DNA of 48,869 nucleotides from an uncultured Candidatus Saccharibacteria bacterium (GCA_964507625.1 CAZDPR010000005.1:1-48869), one strand, 5' to 3'. Positions 37,259 through 47,597 are shown, numbered from the stretch's first letter. The notes: generated by a model from the letters alone, not told the origin. A program made the numbers and translations.

Positions 37259-38470
37259 CTATTGATCAATATGAATAACGACTACTTCTGGAATTGATCC
37301 AACACGCATAGGAACGAGCGCGGTTCCAATTCCTGACGTTGTAATGTGAACGGTTTTACCGTTATTGTGACGAGTTAATCCGTATGCAAATTCATTATAG
37401 AGATAGTGTACTAATATATTTCCAGGCCACATTTGCCCTCGATGAGTATGTCCAGATAATGTGAGGTTTGGCTGTTTTTCAATAAGTAATGGTATGAGTT
37501 TTGGGTCGTGCATAACACCAATAATAGGAGTGTTTTCAGGAACAGATGCTGTTGTTTTTTGGATAGATTCAAATGTTTTGATAGGATTTGATTGGTGATA
37601 GTCAATGCCAACAATTGCAACACCATTAATCAAGAAAACATTGTCTATAATAAGGTTTATATAATTACCAATTATTGATTCAATAGCAGAATCGCGAGAG
37701 TATTTTTCATGATTTCCTGGAACAAAATAATTACCAAAAGATGAGGAAAACTGAGTAAGTGGTTCAAGGTAGGTAATAGGAAACTTTGGTCCATCAATTA
37801 AATCCCCTGCAATAATTGTAATTAATGGTTGTTGTTTATTAATAATCGATACCATTTTTCCGAGTATTTTTTGTTTTCTGATTTGCCCTGTATGTGTATC
37901 AGAAACGAGTACTATTTTTCCTCCAACCCATTCATCAGGAAATGGGGTTACCAGAGAAGTGTTATTGATGCGATATTCTACAACACGAATAGATTGTGTA
38001 GTAATTGTTCCATAAATAATTATTCCGAGAGAAAAAATAATAGGAAGTGTAATGATAATGCGAATACTAGTTCGTGTATGGAGAGAAAAAGGAATAAAAA
38101 ATCTATTCCAGGTAAAATGTTTTTTACCACTAATGACTCTGATACAATAGAGTGTCCACGCAATACTCCATGTAATGATACTTCCAAGAAGTAAATACCC
38201 AAGTGCTCCTAATGACCAGAGCGATAGGGTAGATATGATTGAGGTAATACGTGAATAGTAATTATAAACCAGTATTTGACTTATAATGGCAATGACTGGT
38301 ATTAAAAAATGAATACCGAAAAAGATCGACTTTATGAGCTTTCTCCTTGGTTGTATGGTTTTGTAGAAATATCGATACGACCATAGTCGAACAATATTCC
38401 AAATAACTAATCCGCTAAAGAAAATACTTATGATAGTGATAATAATGAAAAATATAAAGAAATTAGGCAT
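37259..38470 (-). CDS. Membrane-bound metallophosphoesterase (COG1408/YkuE-like)
   Basis: N-terminal TM helices, then VSDTHTG, AGDLIDG, GNHE and GHTHRGQ motifs. Confidence 0.85.
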   Translation of the reverse strand: MPNFFIFFIIITIISIFFSGLVIWNIVRLWSYRYFYKTIQPRRKLIKSIFFGIHFLIPVIAIISQILVYNYYSRITSIISTLSLWSLGALGYLLLGSIITWSIAWTLYCIRVISGKKHFTWNRFFIPFSLHTRTSIRIIITLPIIFSLGIIIYGTITTQSIRVVEYRINNTSLVTPFPDEWVGGKIVLVSDTHTGQIRKQKILGKMVSIINKQQPLITIIAGDLIDGPKFPITYLEPLTQFSSSFGNYFVPGNHEKYSRDSAIESIIGNYINLIIDNVFLINGVAIVGIDYHQSNPIKTFESIQKTTASVPENTPIIGVMHDPKLIPLLIEKQPNLTLSGHTHRGQMWPGNILVHYLYNEFAYGLTRHNNGKTVHITTSGIGTALVPMRVGSIPEVVVIHIDQ

Positions 38471-38533
38471 ATTCTGAGTATATCATGAGAATGTTTTGTG
38501 TAAATTTACTGCTCAGTGTATACTTGAGCTTAT

Positions 38534-39055
38534 ATGAAAAAAATAGTTGTTATTATTGGAACGGCTCGATCTGAAAGTGCGACGAGTCAAATTGCGCCTT
38601 TTATTATAGAAAAAATAAAAACATATCCTGAAATCGAGATAACTACCATTGATGTACGAGATTACCCACAAACAGCTACTAGCGGATTATCATCTACATT
38701 ATTTGAACAATATCAAAAAACTATTATTACTACTGATGGTATCATTATTATTACTCCAGAATACAATCATAGTTTTCCAGGAGAGTTAAAAATGCTTCTC
38801 GATAACCTTAAACAGGAATATACAAAGAAACCAGTAGGTATTTGTGGTATTTCTTCAGGACCTTTTGGAGGTACGCGAATGATTCAGTCCTTGGAACCAG
38901 TGTTGTTACAAATGGGTATGATACCTATACGTAGTCATATGCATATTGGCGAGGTTGATCGTGTAATGAGCGATATTCAATCAGGCGCAGATACTATTGT
39001 TTGGGAAAAAAGAATAAATCGTCTTTTAGACGATATAATTGACTGGGTTGCATAA
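38534..39055 (+). CDS. NADPH-dependent FMN reductase family protein
   Basis: MKKIVVIIGTARSES... and IIIITPEYNHSFPGELKMLLD, typical of FMN_red. Confidence 0.8.
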   Translation: MKKIVVIIGTARSESATSQIAPFIIEKIKTYPEIEITTIDVRDYPQTATSGLSSTLFEQYQKTIITTDGIIIITPEYNHSFPGELKMLLDNLKQEYTKKPVGICGISSGPFGGTRMIQSLEPVLLQMGMIPIRSHMHIGEVDRVMSDIQSGADTIVWEKRINRLLDDIIDWVA

Positions 39056-39077
39056 AAATCCCCTTAAGGGGATTTTT
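39055..39077 (+). terminator. Palindromic terminator
   Basis: aaaaatcccc-ttaa-ggggattttt. Confidence 0.75.
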
Positions 39078-39117
39078 ATATGGAGCAAAAAAGTTTTTTA
39101 AGGTATACTGAGACTAT

Positions 39118-40590
39118 ATGCAAAAAATAAAGGATTATAAAAATATTTCTGTCAATTTTTTAAAAAATAGTTGGCAAAATCATCGGAAAAAAACTCTTTT
39201 CGGAATATTGTTTATTGGTATTGTCGGTATCAGCGTATCAGGTTCAGGGAATCGGAATATTACAACATATACTACACAACTTCAATCAATTACTGACCAA
39301 GTTATTTTATCGGGTCGCACTGAACCAATGAATTTTGTTGATCTCGGTTTTGCAGATTCTGGTCGTGTCCAGAAAGTATATGTCACCGAAGGGCAGCAAG
39401 TTCGACAAGGTCAAGTGCTCGCAGAACTTGAAATGGGTGATTTATCAGCACAGTTACTAAATGCTCAAGCGGGATTGAGAATTGCAGAAGCAAATGCACG
39501 ACAATTAGCGACTAATGTTGAAAAAATTACGAATGAACAAAACGCTCTTGTAGAAACTGCAAAACGAGCGCTTTTTGGTAGTCTAGAAGCATATCCGAAA
39601 GATAATTTTTCTGTGTTATTACCGCCCGTAATTACTGGTTCTTATCAAGGAAACACGTCGGGTGAATATATATTAGATCTCTATGCTTCACAATCAGATA
39701 CCGGGGTATCTGTTCGTTATTCTGGTATTGAATCAGGAGTTGTTCCTGTGACCGTGGGAACTCGGATTCCTCTTGGAACTAAGGGGTTATTTATTCAATT
39801 TCCTGATTCTTCTGGATATGCAAATACACAATGGATTATTCCAGTTCCAAACATTCGATCAGCACAGTACCCATTATTATTGAATAACTATCAATCAGCA
39901 CAAGCAACGAGAGATCGAGTAATTACTGCTGCACAAGCAGATATTATTAATAACAATGATTCGATTGCAAATGCGCGGGTAGATCAAGCGCGTGCAGTGG
40001 TGAACCAAATTATTTCTGCAATAGGAAAAAGAAAAATCATTGCACCGTTTTCAGGAACTATTTCAAAAGTAGCACTCAAAGAAGGAGAATCTACTATTGG
40101 AATTTCAAAAGATACTTCTCCGGGGGTATCAATGCTTGCAACCGATCAATATAAAGTGGTTATTAAAATACCAGAAATTGATATTGCTCGGATACAATCT
40201 CCTGTCCCAGTGGTTATTAATCTTGATGCTTATGGTGATCAAGAATCTTTTCCTGGAACATTAACAACTATTAATCCTGCGGAAACTATTGTTGATGGAG
40301 TTCCGGTATACGAAGGAACGGTTTTATTTAACACTCCGGACGATCGTATTCGTTCAGGGATGACTGCTACAGTTACTATTACGTTAGGGCAGAAAGAATC
40401 TGTAGTTGCTATTCCAGGTAACTATATTCGCGAGGATAGAGTATTGCGCAAATATTTTGTTTCTATTCTCACGAATGAAGGGAAAATTCAAGAAAAAGAA
40501 GTCTTTGTTGGTATTCGCGGATCAAACAGTATGACTGAAATAGTTTCAGGAATTAATAAAGGGGATGTAATAGTATTACCAAATAAATAA
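39118..40590 (+). CDS. Efflux membrane-fusion (HlyD/DevB-family) periplasmic adaptor
   Basis: TM anchor, lipoyl-like GQQVRQGQVLAELE, a long coiled coil and a beta-barrel C-terminus. Confidence 0.82.
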   Translation: MQKIKDYKNISVNFLKNSWQNHRKKTLFGILFIGIVGISVSGSGNRNITTYTTQLQSITDQVILSGRTEPMNFVDLGFADSGRVQKVYVTEGQQVRQGQVLAELEMGDLSAQLLNAQAGLRIAEANARQLATNVEKITNEQNALVETAKRALFGSLEAYPKDNFSVLLPPVITGSYQGNTSGEYILDLYASQSDTGVSVRYSGIESGVVPVTVGTRIPLGTKGLFIQFPDSSGYANTQWIIPVPNIRSAQYPLLLNNYQSAQATRDRVITAAQADIINNNDSIANARVDQARAVVNQIISAIGKRKIIAPFSGTISKVALKEGESTIGISKDTSPGVSMLATDQYKVVIKIPEIDIARIQSPVPVVINLDAYGDQESFPGTLTTINPAETIVDGVPVYEGTVLFNTPDDRIRSGMTATVTITLGQKESVVAIPGNYIREDRVLRKYFVSILTNEGKIQEKEVFVGIRGSNSMTEIVSGINKGDVIVLPNK

Positions 40591-40607
40591 TTTTTTAATA
40601 AGTGATT

Positions 40608-41864
40608 ATGCAGAAATTACTTTTAACGATTCGGGTAGGAACTTTTTTAGGAGTTCGTCAATTGCGTCGTGCCAGTATTTGGACGACGCTTTTGATCGTT
40701 TTTATTATGATGCTTACTTTTTTGAATATGGTGGTAGTTTCTGGGGTTTTGGTAGGCCTAATTGATGGTGGAAATATTGCGAATCGTGAGCAGTATACTG
40801 GAAATGTAATTATTACAAAACTTTCAGGGAGTCCTTATATCGAAAATACACAAAATATTTTACAAACCTTAACAACTATACCAGGAGTGATAAAGTGGAA
40901 TGAGCGGTATATCACAGGTGGGCAATTCGAGGCAAATTATCAAACACGAAGAGATTTTAATGCAGAACGAGACACTATTGGGACCAGTTTGGTGGGTATT
41001 GATTCTTTTCAGGAAGACACTGTAACACGGCTGTCTAATTATGTCGTGGAGGGTGAGTATTTAAATGAAAAAGAAAGCGGATATATTTTAATTGGTTCAA
41101 ATATACTGAGAAGGTTTTCAAGTGCATTTGGAGATGGTTTTGGATCATTAGATGGGGTATATCCTGGCGATCGGGTAAAAGTAACAGTTAATGGAAAAAC
41201 AAAAGAATTTATTGTAAAGGGGATTGTAAAATCAAAAGTAGGAGAAGTTTCATTTCGAGCTTTCATTACTAAAAATGACTTCCTTCAATTTGTAGAACGA
41301 CCTTCACTTAATGCTGATGAAATCACGATTATGACCGATGGATCAGTATCTGATGATTCCGTTCGAGATGCCTTGTTTACTTATGGTTTTGATCGATTTG
41401 CTAAAATTCAAACTGCAACTGAAGCAATTCCTGATTTTTTAAATCAGATTAAAATAGCATTTAGTTTATTAGGTAATATGATTGGATTAATTGGAATTAT
41501 TGTTGCATCAATTACCATATTTATTGTTATTTTTATCAATGCAGTAACCCGTAGAAAATACATTGGTATTTTAAAAGGAATTGGTGTTACGAGTGGTTCG
41601 ATAGAATTTGCATATATTCTCCAGTCATTTGTATATGCACTAACAGGTTCACTTATTGCATTCGTAGTAATTTATGGTGCACTTGTTCCGCTCTTCAATG
41701 CGTATCCGCTCGATTTTCCATTTTCTGATGGAATATTATCAGCTCCAATCGGAGGAACAATGATTCGTTTTATTCTTTTAATGATTGTTACATTGCTCGC
41801 TGGTTATATTCCAGCACGGATGATTGTTAAGAAGAATACATTAGATAGTATTTTGGGAAGATAA
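40608..41864 (+). CDS. ABC transporter permease, FtsX/MacB/DevC-type
   Basis: TM1, a large extracytoplasmic domain, then three C-terminal TM helices (FtsX fold). ATG 40608; GTG 40602 is the alternative. Confidence 0.88.
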   Translation: MQKLLLTIRVGTFLGVRQLRRASIWTTLLIVFIMMLTFLNMVVVSGVLVGLIDGGNIANREQYTGNVIITKLSGSPYIENTQNILQTLTTIPGVIKWNERYITGGQFEANYQTRRDFNAERDTIGTSLVGIDSFQEDTVTRLSNYVVEGEYLNEKESGYILIGSNILRRFSSAFGDGFGSLDGVYPGDRVKVTVNGKTKEFIVKGIVKSKVGEVSFRAFITKNDFLQFVERPSLNADEITIMTDGSVSDDSVRDALFTYGFDRFAKIQTATEAIPDFLNQIKIAFSLLGNMIGLIGIIVASITIFIVIFINAVTRRKYIGILKGIGVTSGSIEFAYILQSFVYALTGSLIAFVVIYGALVPLFNAYPLDFPFSDGILSAPIGGTMIRFILLMIVTLLAGYIPARMIVKKNTLDSILGR

Positions 41865-41869
41865 TATAT

Positions 41870-42541
41870 ATGATTACCGTAAAAAATATCACTAAAACAT
41901 TTAAAAATGGAACCGTGGAAACACAGGTTCTTAAAGGTGTTACTTTAGAAATTACCTCAGGTGAATTTGTGGCAATCATGGGGAAGTCTGGAGCAGGAAA
42001 ATCAACATTGCTCTATCAGCTCGGTTTATTGGATCATCCTACCAGTGGTGAAATTATTATTGATGATCAAAATGTTACTGAATTATCTCAAGATGATCGA
42101 ACTCAATTTAGACTTGATAATTTAGGGTATATTTTTCAAGATTACGCTTTAGTTCCCGAATTAACCGCTTTGGAAAATGTAATGACCCCCCTTTTAATGC
42201 AAGGGAAAAGTTTTTCAGAAGCAGAATTAATTGCTCGTACTGCACTTCAAAGAATTGGATTAGGTCATCGAGAAAATAATTTACCGAGTCAACTATCAGG
42301 AGGAGAACAGCAACGCGTATCTATTGCTCGAGCTGTATCTCATAAACCTAAAATTCTTTTTGCTGATGAACCCACCGCAAATTTAGATACTGTTTCCAGT
42401 CAATCGGTAATGGAAATATTTAAAGAACTCCATGATAATGGTCAGACTATTGTTATGGTGACTCATGAACCAGAATATACTGTTTTTTGTAATCGTATTA
42501 TTACAGTTTCTGATGGGGTTATTATACAAAACACAAAATAA
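41870..42541 (+). CDS. ABC transporter ATP-binding protein (MacB/LolD/DevA-type)
   Basis: Walker A GKSGAGKST, signature LSGGEQQRVSIARA and Walker B ILFADEPT. Confidence 0.95.
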   Translation: MITVKNITKTFKNGTVETQVLKGVTLEITSGEFVAIMGKSGAGKSTLLYQLGLLDHPTSGEIIIDDQNVTELSQDDRTQFRLDNLGYIFQDYALVPELTALENVMTPLLMQGKSFSEAELIARTALQRIGLGHRENNLPSQLSGGEQQRVSIARAVSHKPKILFADEPTANLDTVSSQSVMEIFKELHDNGQTIVMVTHEPEYTVFCNRIITVSDGVIIQNTK

Positions 42542-42566
42542 AAAACCATTGAAATGGTTTTTTATT
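42541..42566. terminator. Bidirectional terminator shared with the convergent MFS gene
   Basis: aaaaaccat-tgaa-atggttttttatttt. Confidence 0.75.
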
Positions 42567-43722
42567 TTGTGTTTTTGATCGGAAGTATAAAAAATATTCC
42601 CAAAAAACAGATAATACTTAAGAGTAGAAAAAGGGTTTTCATTGGACTTAATGCAATAATAATTGAGGCAATAATTGGTGCGATAATATAAGCAATAGGA
42701 TACATACTCCGCAAGATTCCAATAGATTCAGTATCAGAATGTGCAATTTTTTTGAAAAAATAACTTTCCGTAAGTGTTTCAATGCTACTCGCCCCTATAC
42801 GTGTGATAAATAGTACAAGTGCTAACAAAGGAAGTGTAAAGTGCGGAAGAAAGAATAAAAGTGCTGTTGATCCACCTAATATGATAAATCCAAAAAACAA
42901 AAGTGGTTTTTCGCCAAATAGTGTATCAGCTAGTCTTCCAATAGGAAAGGGGATAAGTATAAATGCAATGAGCATGAGTGAAAAAATAGTACCAATAGAA
43001 TCCCATGGAATATTAAGCACTTCTCGCAAATAGAGTGGGAGATAAATAATCATCCAGCTATAAAAAAATTGCAAGATAAAATTTGCTCCAAGAATATTAC
43101 GAAGATTTTGGTCCTGGGTAATTTTCTTTAATGATTTTCGAATACTGAGATCATTTAAATAATGTTCAGTATTTTTGATTGAGCGTGTTTTTATGAGAAG
43201 TATCATTAATGGAATAATTACAATTCCTGCAAGCCCATATAATGCAGAAAATCCAATTCGTGCAAGAATAAAACCAGCAAGCCCAGGAGCAATAACGTAT
43301 CCTATATGAAGAGCGCTAATGTAACTACCACGAACAGTTCCTGTAACTGAATCATTATTAACCACCTGATCAATTGCAATATCATTCGCAAGAAAGAACA
43401 TGATGTTTCCAGAAAAAAATAGAGTAAATCCAACTAGGATAATCCAAGGAATCGTAACCGTGATATTAATTATACAAATAATTAATATCACGAGCGCAAG
43501 GAGTATCATCACTGGACGTGTTCCAAACTTTTGGATTGCCTTTGGGATAGTAAGGAGTCCAATGATGGCAACCAGTGAACCTGCTGTATAGAGAAGCCCA
43601 ATATATGCATTATCTATAAATTGATTCAAGAACGATGAATTGTTATACAATACGAGTGCGGTATGGACTGCAAATAAAAAGCCCACAACATAAAACGGGA
43701 GTACATTTCGTAACGATGGCAT
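42562..43722 (-). CDS. MFS transporter
   Basis: About 12 hydrophobic helices. The ATG at 43722 avoids overlap with the RNase J terminator; the track start at 43797 is probably too far upstream. Confidence 0.75.
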   Translation of the reverse strand: MPSLRNVLPFYVVGFLFAVHTALVLYNNSSFLNQFIDNAYIGLLYTAGSLVAIIGLLTIPKAIQKFGTRPVMILLALVILIICIINITVTIPWIILVGFTLFFSGNIMFFLANDIAIDQVVNNDSVTGTVRGSYISALHIGYVIAPGLAGFILARIGFSALYGLAGIVIIPLMILLIKTRSIKNTEHYLNDLSIRKSLKKITQDQNLRNILGANFILQFFYSWMIIYLPLYLREVLNIPWDSIGTIFSLMLIAFILIPFPIGRLADTLFGEKPLLFFGFIILGGSTALLFFLPHFTLPLLALVLFITRIGASSIETLTESYFFKKIAHSDTESIGILRSMYPIAYIIAPIIASIIIALSPMKTLFLLLSIICFLGIFFILPIKNTK

Positions 43723-43758
43723 ATGTTTACGAGTATACCATATTTTGAAAAAGAATAA

Positions 43759-43786
43759 TAAAAAACAACCCTTCAGGGTTTGTTTT
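43759..43786 (-). terminator. RNase J terminator
   Basis: Minus strand: aacaaaccc-tgaa-gggttgtt followed by T6. Confidence 0.7.
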
Positions 43787-45721
43787 TTAGAGTGCAATTA
43801 CTACTGCTGTTACAATAGGTTTTTTACCAGTTCGTTGGAATAAAAACTTTTGAATTTTATCAGAAAGAATATCTTTTAGATTTCCAATATCTAATGGTTT
43901 TCCATTTTCAACACTGGTTTCTACAATTTTTTTTGCAAGACCGCGTACTTTATGGAGCAAGTCTTGATTATCGCGGAGATAAATAAATCCTCTCGAACTA
44001 ATATCAGGAGATTTTTTCAATGCATGAGTTCTCTGATCGAGTGTAATAATCACTGTAAAAATTCCTTCTTCTGAAAGTACTCGTCGGTCACGGAGTACTA
44101 CTTCGTGTGCGGGTCCAACATAACTTCCGTCAATAATAATTCGTTCGTTTGGAGCTCGTACACCGTCTAACTTTATAATCTTTGTTCCTTGTTCTCGAAT
44201 TTCAATAATAGAACCATTTTCTGGTACGATGATGTTTTCTTTCGGTACACCGAGAGACACCGCGAGGTCTTGATGCATTTTGAGTCGATAATGACTCCCA
44301 TGAACCGGCATAAAGAATTTATAATTCAATTGCTTGTGAAGCCATGCGAGTTCTTCTCGTTTACCATGACCTGATGAGTGTACCTGGGTGTCGGCATAGG
44401 TAATTACTTTTGGATCAAATCGATATAATCTGTCTTTTAATCGTTCCACGGCACGTTCATTTCCTGGAATAATTGATGATGAAAAAATAATAGTGTCGTG
44501 TTCTGTTAATTTGATATATTTATGAGTCCCATCAGCTACCCGATCGAGCAGAGCATATTGTTCACCTTGCGCACCTGTTGCTAAAATGAGCACTTTGTGT
44601 GGGGGGAATTTATGCATATCTTCCACAGGAATTACATGTTCAAGATCAGTGAGATTTAAGTGTTTTACAATAGCAACATTAGATTTCATTGATCGTCCTT
44701 CGATTACGACATATCGTCCATAACGTTTTGCACTCTGGATAAATTCAATAATTCGTTCTACTTGAGAAGCAAAAGTTCCAATAAATAATCGTCCTTTTGT
44801 TTCTCGAATAATTTCATCTACTGTTTTTACTACAATAGATTCAGCGAGTGACCATCCAGGAGCAGGAATTCCAGTAGAGTCCATGGTCATCAAAAGAACA
44901 TTTCGATCTTTAAAGAATTTGTACTGTTCAACTTCTGAAGAAACAGGAATACCTTCGATATTTTCGACGCGCACATCTCCAGTAGATACAATATCACCAT
45001 AAGGTGTTTCAATGATAACTCCAGTTGAATCAGGAATACTGTGTGTAAGACCGAAAAAACGAACCTTTAAATCATCAGAAATTTTAATGGCTCCATCTTC
45101 TTTTTCTGCAATACGGAGATCTAACGGTGGAAGGTGTGGGAATTCTTCTTGTCGTTTTTTTATAAGCAAAGCACCAAATTCACGGGTGTAGATTGGCGGA
45201 TTCCCGATTTTATCAATAACATAGGGAATTCCTCCGATATGATCGAGGTGACCATGAGTAATTACAAGTCCTTTAATTAAGTGTTTTCTTTCTTCTAAAT
45301 ATTGAGTATTTGGAATAATGTACTGAATTCCTGGAGTTGACTCGTCTTTAAATTGAATCCCTGCGTCAATCACAACGATTTGATCGTTATATTCTATAAC
45401 TGTCATGTTTTGTCCAATTTGTTCTACACCACCAATAGGGATAATACGAATATCTCCTTTTGCAAGTGGTGGAATAGGAATATTTTTTTCTTGGGCAGAT
45501 TGTTGCGATGATTGTTCGGTTCGATTCATTCGACTGTCTCGATGATGAGGTCGCTGAAAGTTTTTTTGAAACGGTTTTTTAATAGAATGTATTCCTGTCG
45601 AACGAGCAATCATTTCAAGTGAACTATCAGCAGATTTTCGAAAAAAGTTTCTTTTCTGGTGATTTCCATTCCGATGAACAAAAGGTTTTCGAGGAGGAGT
45701 TGTATTGTTTGTTGTGTTCAT
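43787..45721 (-). CDS. rnj: Ribonuclease J with a basic N-terminal extension
   Basis: Metallo-beta-lactamase ITHGHLDHIGG and a beta-CASP region. About 85 extra Arg/Lys/Gln/Asn-rich residues at the N-terminus. Confidence 0.92.
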   Translation of the reverse strand: MNTTNNTTPPRKPFVHRNGNHQKRNFFRKSADSSLEMIARSTGIHSIKKPFQKNFQRPHHRDSRMNRTEQSSQQSAQEKNIPIPPLAKGDIRIIPIGGVEQIGQNMTVIEYNDQIVVIDAGIQFKDESTPGIQYIIPNTQYLEERKHLIKGLVITHGHLDHIGGIPYVIDKIGNPPIYTREFGALLIKKRQEEFPHLPPLDLRIAEKEDGAIKISDDLKVRFFGLTHSIPDSTGVIIETPYGDIVSTGDVRVENIEGIPVSSEVEQYKFFKDRNVLLMTMDSTGIPAPGWSLAESIVVKTVDEIIRETKGRLFIGTFASQVERIIEFIQSAKRYGRYVVIEGRSMKSNVAIVKHLNLTDLEHVIPVEDMHKFPPHKVLILATGAQGEQYALLDRVADGTHKYIKLTEHDTIIFSSSIIPGNERAVERLKDRLYRFDPKVITYADTQVHSSGHGKREELAWLHKQLNYKFFMPVHGSHYRLKMHQDLAVSLGVPKENIIVPENGSIIEIREQGTKIIKLDGVRAPNERIIIDGSYVGPAHEVVLRDRRVLSEEGIFTVIITLDQRTHALKKSPDISSRGFIYLRDNQDLLHKVRGLAKKIVETSVENGKPLDIGNLKDILSDKIQKFLFQRTGKKPIVTAVVIAL

Positions 45722-45735
45722 ATAATAATGAGGAG

Positions 45736-47478
45736 TTATTTGTTAAAAATTTTCCAGATAGTATCTGTGTAAAGATACCACTGATAAATGGTATTAAAAC
45801 GATCTTTTTTAGTTACTAATGATTCTAGATAAATACCGCGTACATTTTTTCTGGTAGCATAAATGAAACTCGGTTGATAGAGCCAAATAATTGGAGCGTT
45901 TGCAGTTTCTTGTTGAATATCAATAAGAAGATCGTTTCTTTTTTCAGGATCAAGGGTTTCAAAAAGTGTTTCAATTTTTGCGTCAAGATTTTTTGATGAA
46001 AAACGAGTAATATTTAACCCAGGATCAGTTGTTTGTGTACTGTGCCAAAAAGCATATATATCAGCGTCATTCCGAATAAATTGTCCAAAAAGTAGTGCAT
46101 CAAAGTTTCGAGGTTTAATAATACTGTTTTCGAGATCATTTAATTGAAAAACTTCAATTTCTACTTTTATGCCAATTGACTGGAGTTGTTGTTGTATTAA
46201 TTGGGCAGTGTATTTTAATTCTGCAGTGTCAGCTGTAGCAATAGTAAATGAAAGAGGGGTGTTATTTTTCAATCGTATCCCTGTTTCGGGATTGAGTTTC
46301 CATCCAAGTGTATCGAGTTTTTGCTTTACTAATTCTGGCGTAAATTGATTTTTATTTTTCTGATGAAGCTCTGGAAAAGGGTGACTAATTTCCTGTGCAT
46401 ATCCTTGAAACACCGAATCAATAATTGATTGACTTGAAATAGTGTTTTTGAGTAAGGTTACTAATTGTTGATCTTTGAAAATTGTTTTTTTCTCTGGATT
46501 TAAAAATAATCCAAACATTCGAGGGAGTGGGGTAGTAATGGTATTTTTTTTATCAGCAATATCCAGAGCGTATGGGCGAATTCCTCCCAACAAGGCAATG
46601 TCACCTTTTTGATAGGCAGAAAGAAGTAATTCTTCGTTCGGGTAAATATTAATGACTACTTTTTGAATATATGGTTTTTGGAGAGTAAATCGATTAAATG
46701 CCTTAAAAACATAGTTTGTTGGTACTCCATTTTTATCACGATTAACTTTCTTTAGTGCGTAAGGTCCAGAACCAACAGGTTGACTATTATAAGTACTGGC
46801 TAAAAATTCTTCTGGAGAAAAATTACCCCAAATATGAGCAGGAAGAATTCCAACAGTAGCGTTTTCTAGAAACCCACTGAATGCACGAGGGAGAATAATT
46901 GCAATTGTTTTTGCATCAATAATTTCAGTAGTAACACCAAACCAGTTATTAAATTCTGGACTTTGTAATCGGGTATCCTGAATGGTTTGAATCGTAAATG
47001 CTACATCATATGCAGTAATTGGTTTTTTATCATGAAAAACAGCCTTTTCTTTTATGGTAAAAGTATATGTTTTACCATCGTCAGAAATAGTGTATGATTC
47101 AGCGATATCAGGAATAATCTGTGACTCAAGTGAGCCATCAGAAATTTTCCGTACTAATCCTGAATACACAATTCGGGTAAGGTCTTGATCGATATCAGAT
47201 ACTGCGAGTACCGGATTAATGAATCGAGGATTACCCAATATTCCTTCAGTAACATTACCACCATAAGTAGGAGTAGTTATTGAAAAAGAATTACTAACTG
47301 AATTAAAAAAACCAATAATTCCAAAAATAATCAGAAATATACACCCAGCAAAAAGAAAAAATTCTTTTTTATTGAGTGAATAGATTCGTTTCAGTGATTC
47401 AGTTTTCAGAGAATGAAAAAAATGAGTGAATGATTTCACAAAAAATATCTCCGTTTGCTGTTGAGAAATAATTACCAA
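45736..47478 (-). CDS. ABC-type substrate-binding protein, family 5 (peptide/nickel type), membrane-anchored
   Basis: TM anchor, then an SBP_bac_5-like sequence (...NPVLAVSDIDQDLTRIVYSGLV...). The start codon is uncertain (TTG at 47478). Confidence 0.8.
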   Translation of the reverse strand: MVIISQQQTEIFFVKSFTHFFHSLKTESLKRIYSLNKKEFFLFAGCIFLIIFGIIGFFNSVSNSFSITTPTYGGNVTEGILGNPRFINPVLAVSDIDQDLTRIVYSGLVRKISDGSLESQIIPDIAESYTISDDGKTYTFTIKEKAVFHDKKPITAYDVAFTIQTIQDTRLQSPEFNNWFGVTTEIIDAKTIAIILPRAFSGFLENATVGILPAHIWGNFSPEEFLASTYNSQPVGSGPYALKKVNRDKNGVPTNYVFKAFNRFTLQKPYIQKVVINIYPNEELLLSAYQKGDIALLGGIRPYALDIADKKNTITTPLPRMFGLFLNPEKKTIFKDQQLVTLLKNTISSQSIIDSVFQGYAQEISHPFPELHQKNKNQFTPELVKQKLDTLGWKLNPETGIRLKNNTPLSFTIATADTAELKYTAQLIQQQLQSIGIKVEIEVFQLNDLENSIIKPRNFDALLFGQFIRNDADIYAFWHSTQTTDPGLNITRFSSKNLDAKIETLFETLDPEKRNDLLIDIQQETANAPIIWLYQPSFIYATRKNVRGIYLESLVTKKDRFNTIYQWYLYTDTIWKIFNK

Positions 47479-47597
47479 CAGTGTCTTTTATTGGTATATA
47501 AAAGACAGAGAAAATTAACGAATAAAAGACATTCGTCCTTAATAAAGGTAAGAGTAGTAGATATTTTTCCTAGAAATATGTTTCAGGACAAATGTGA

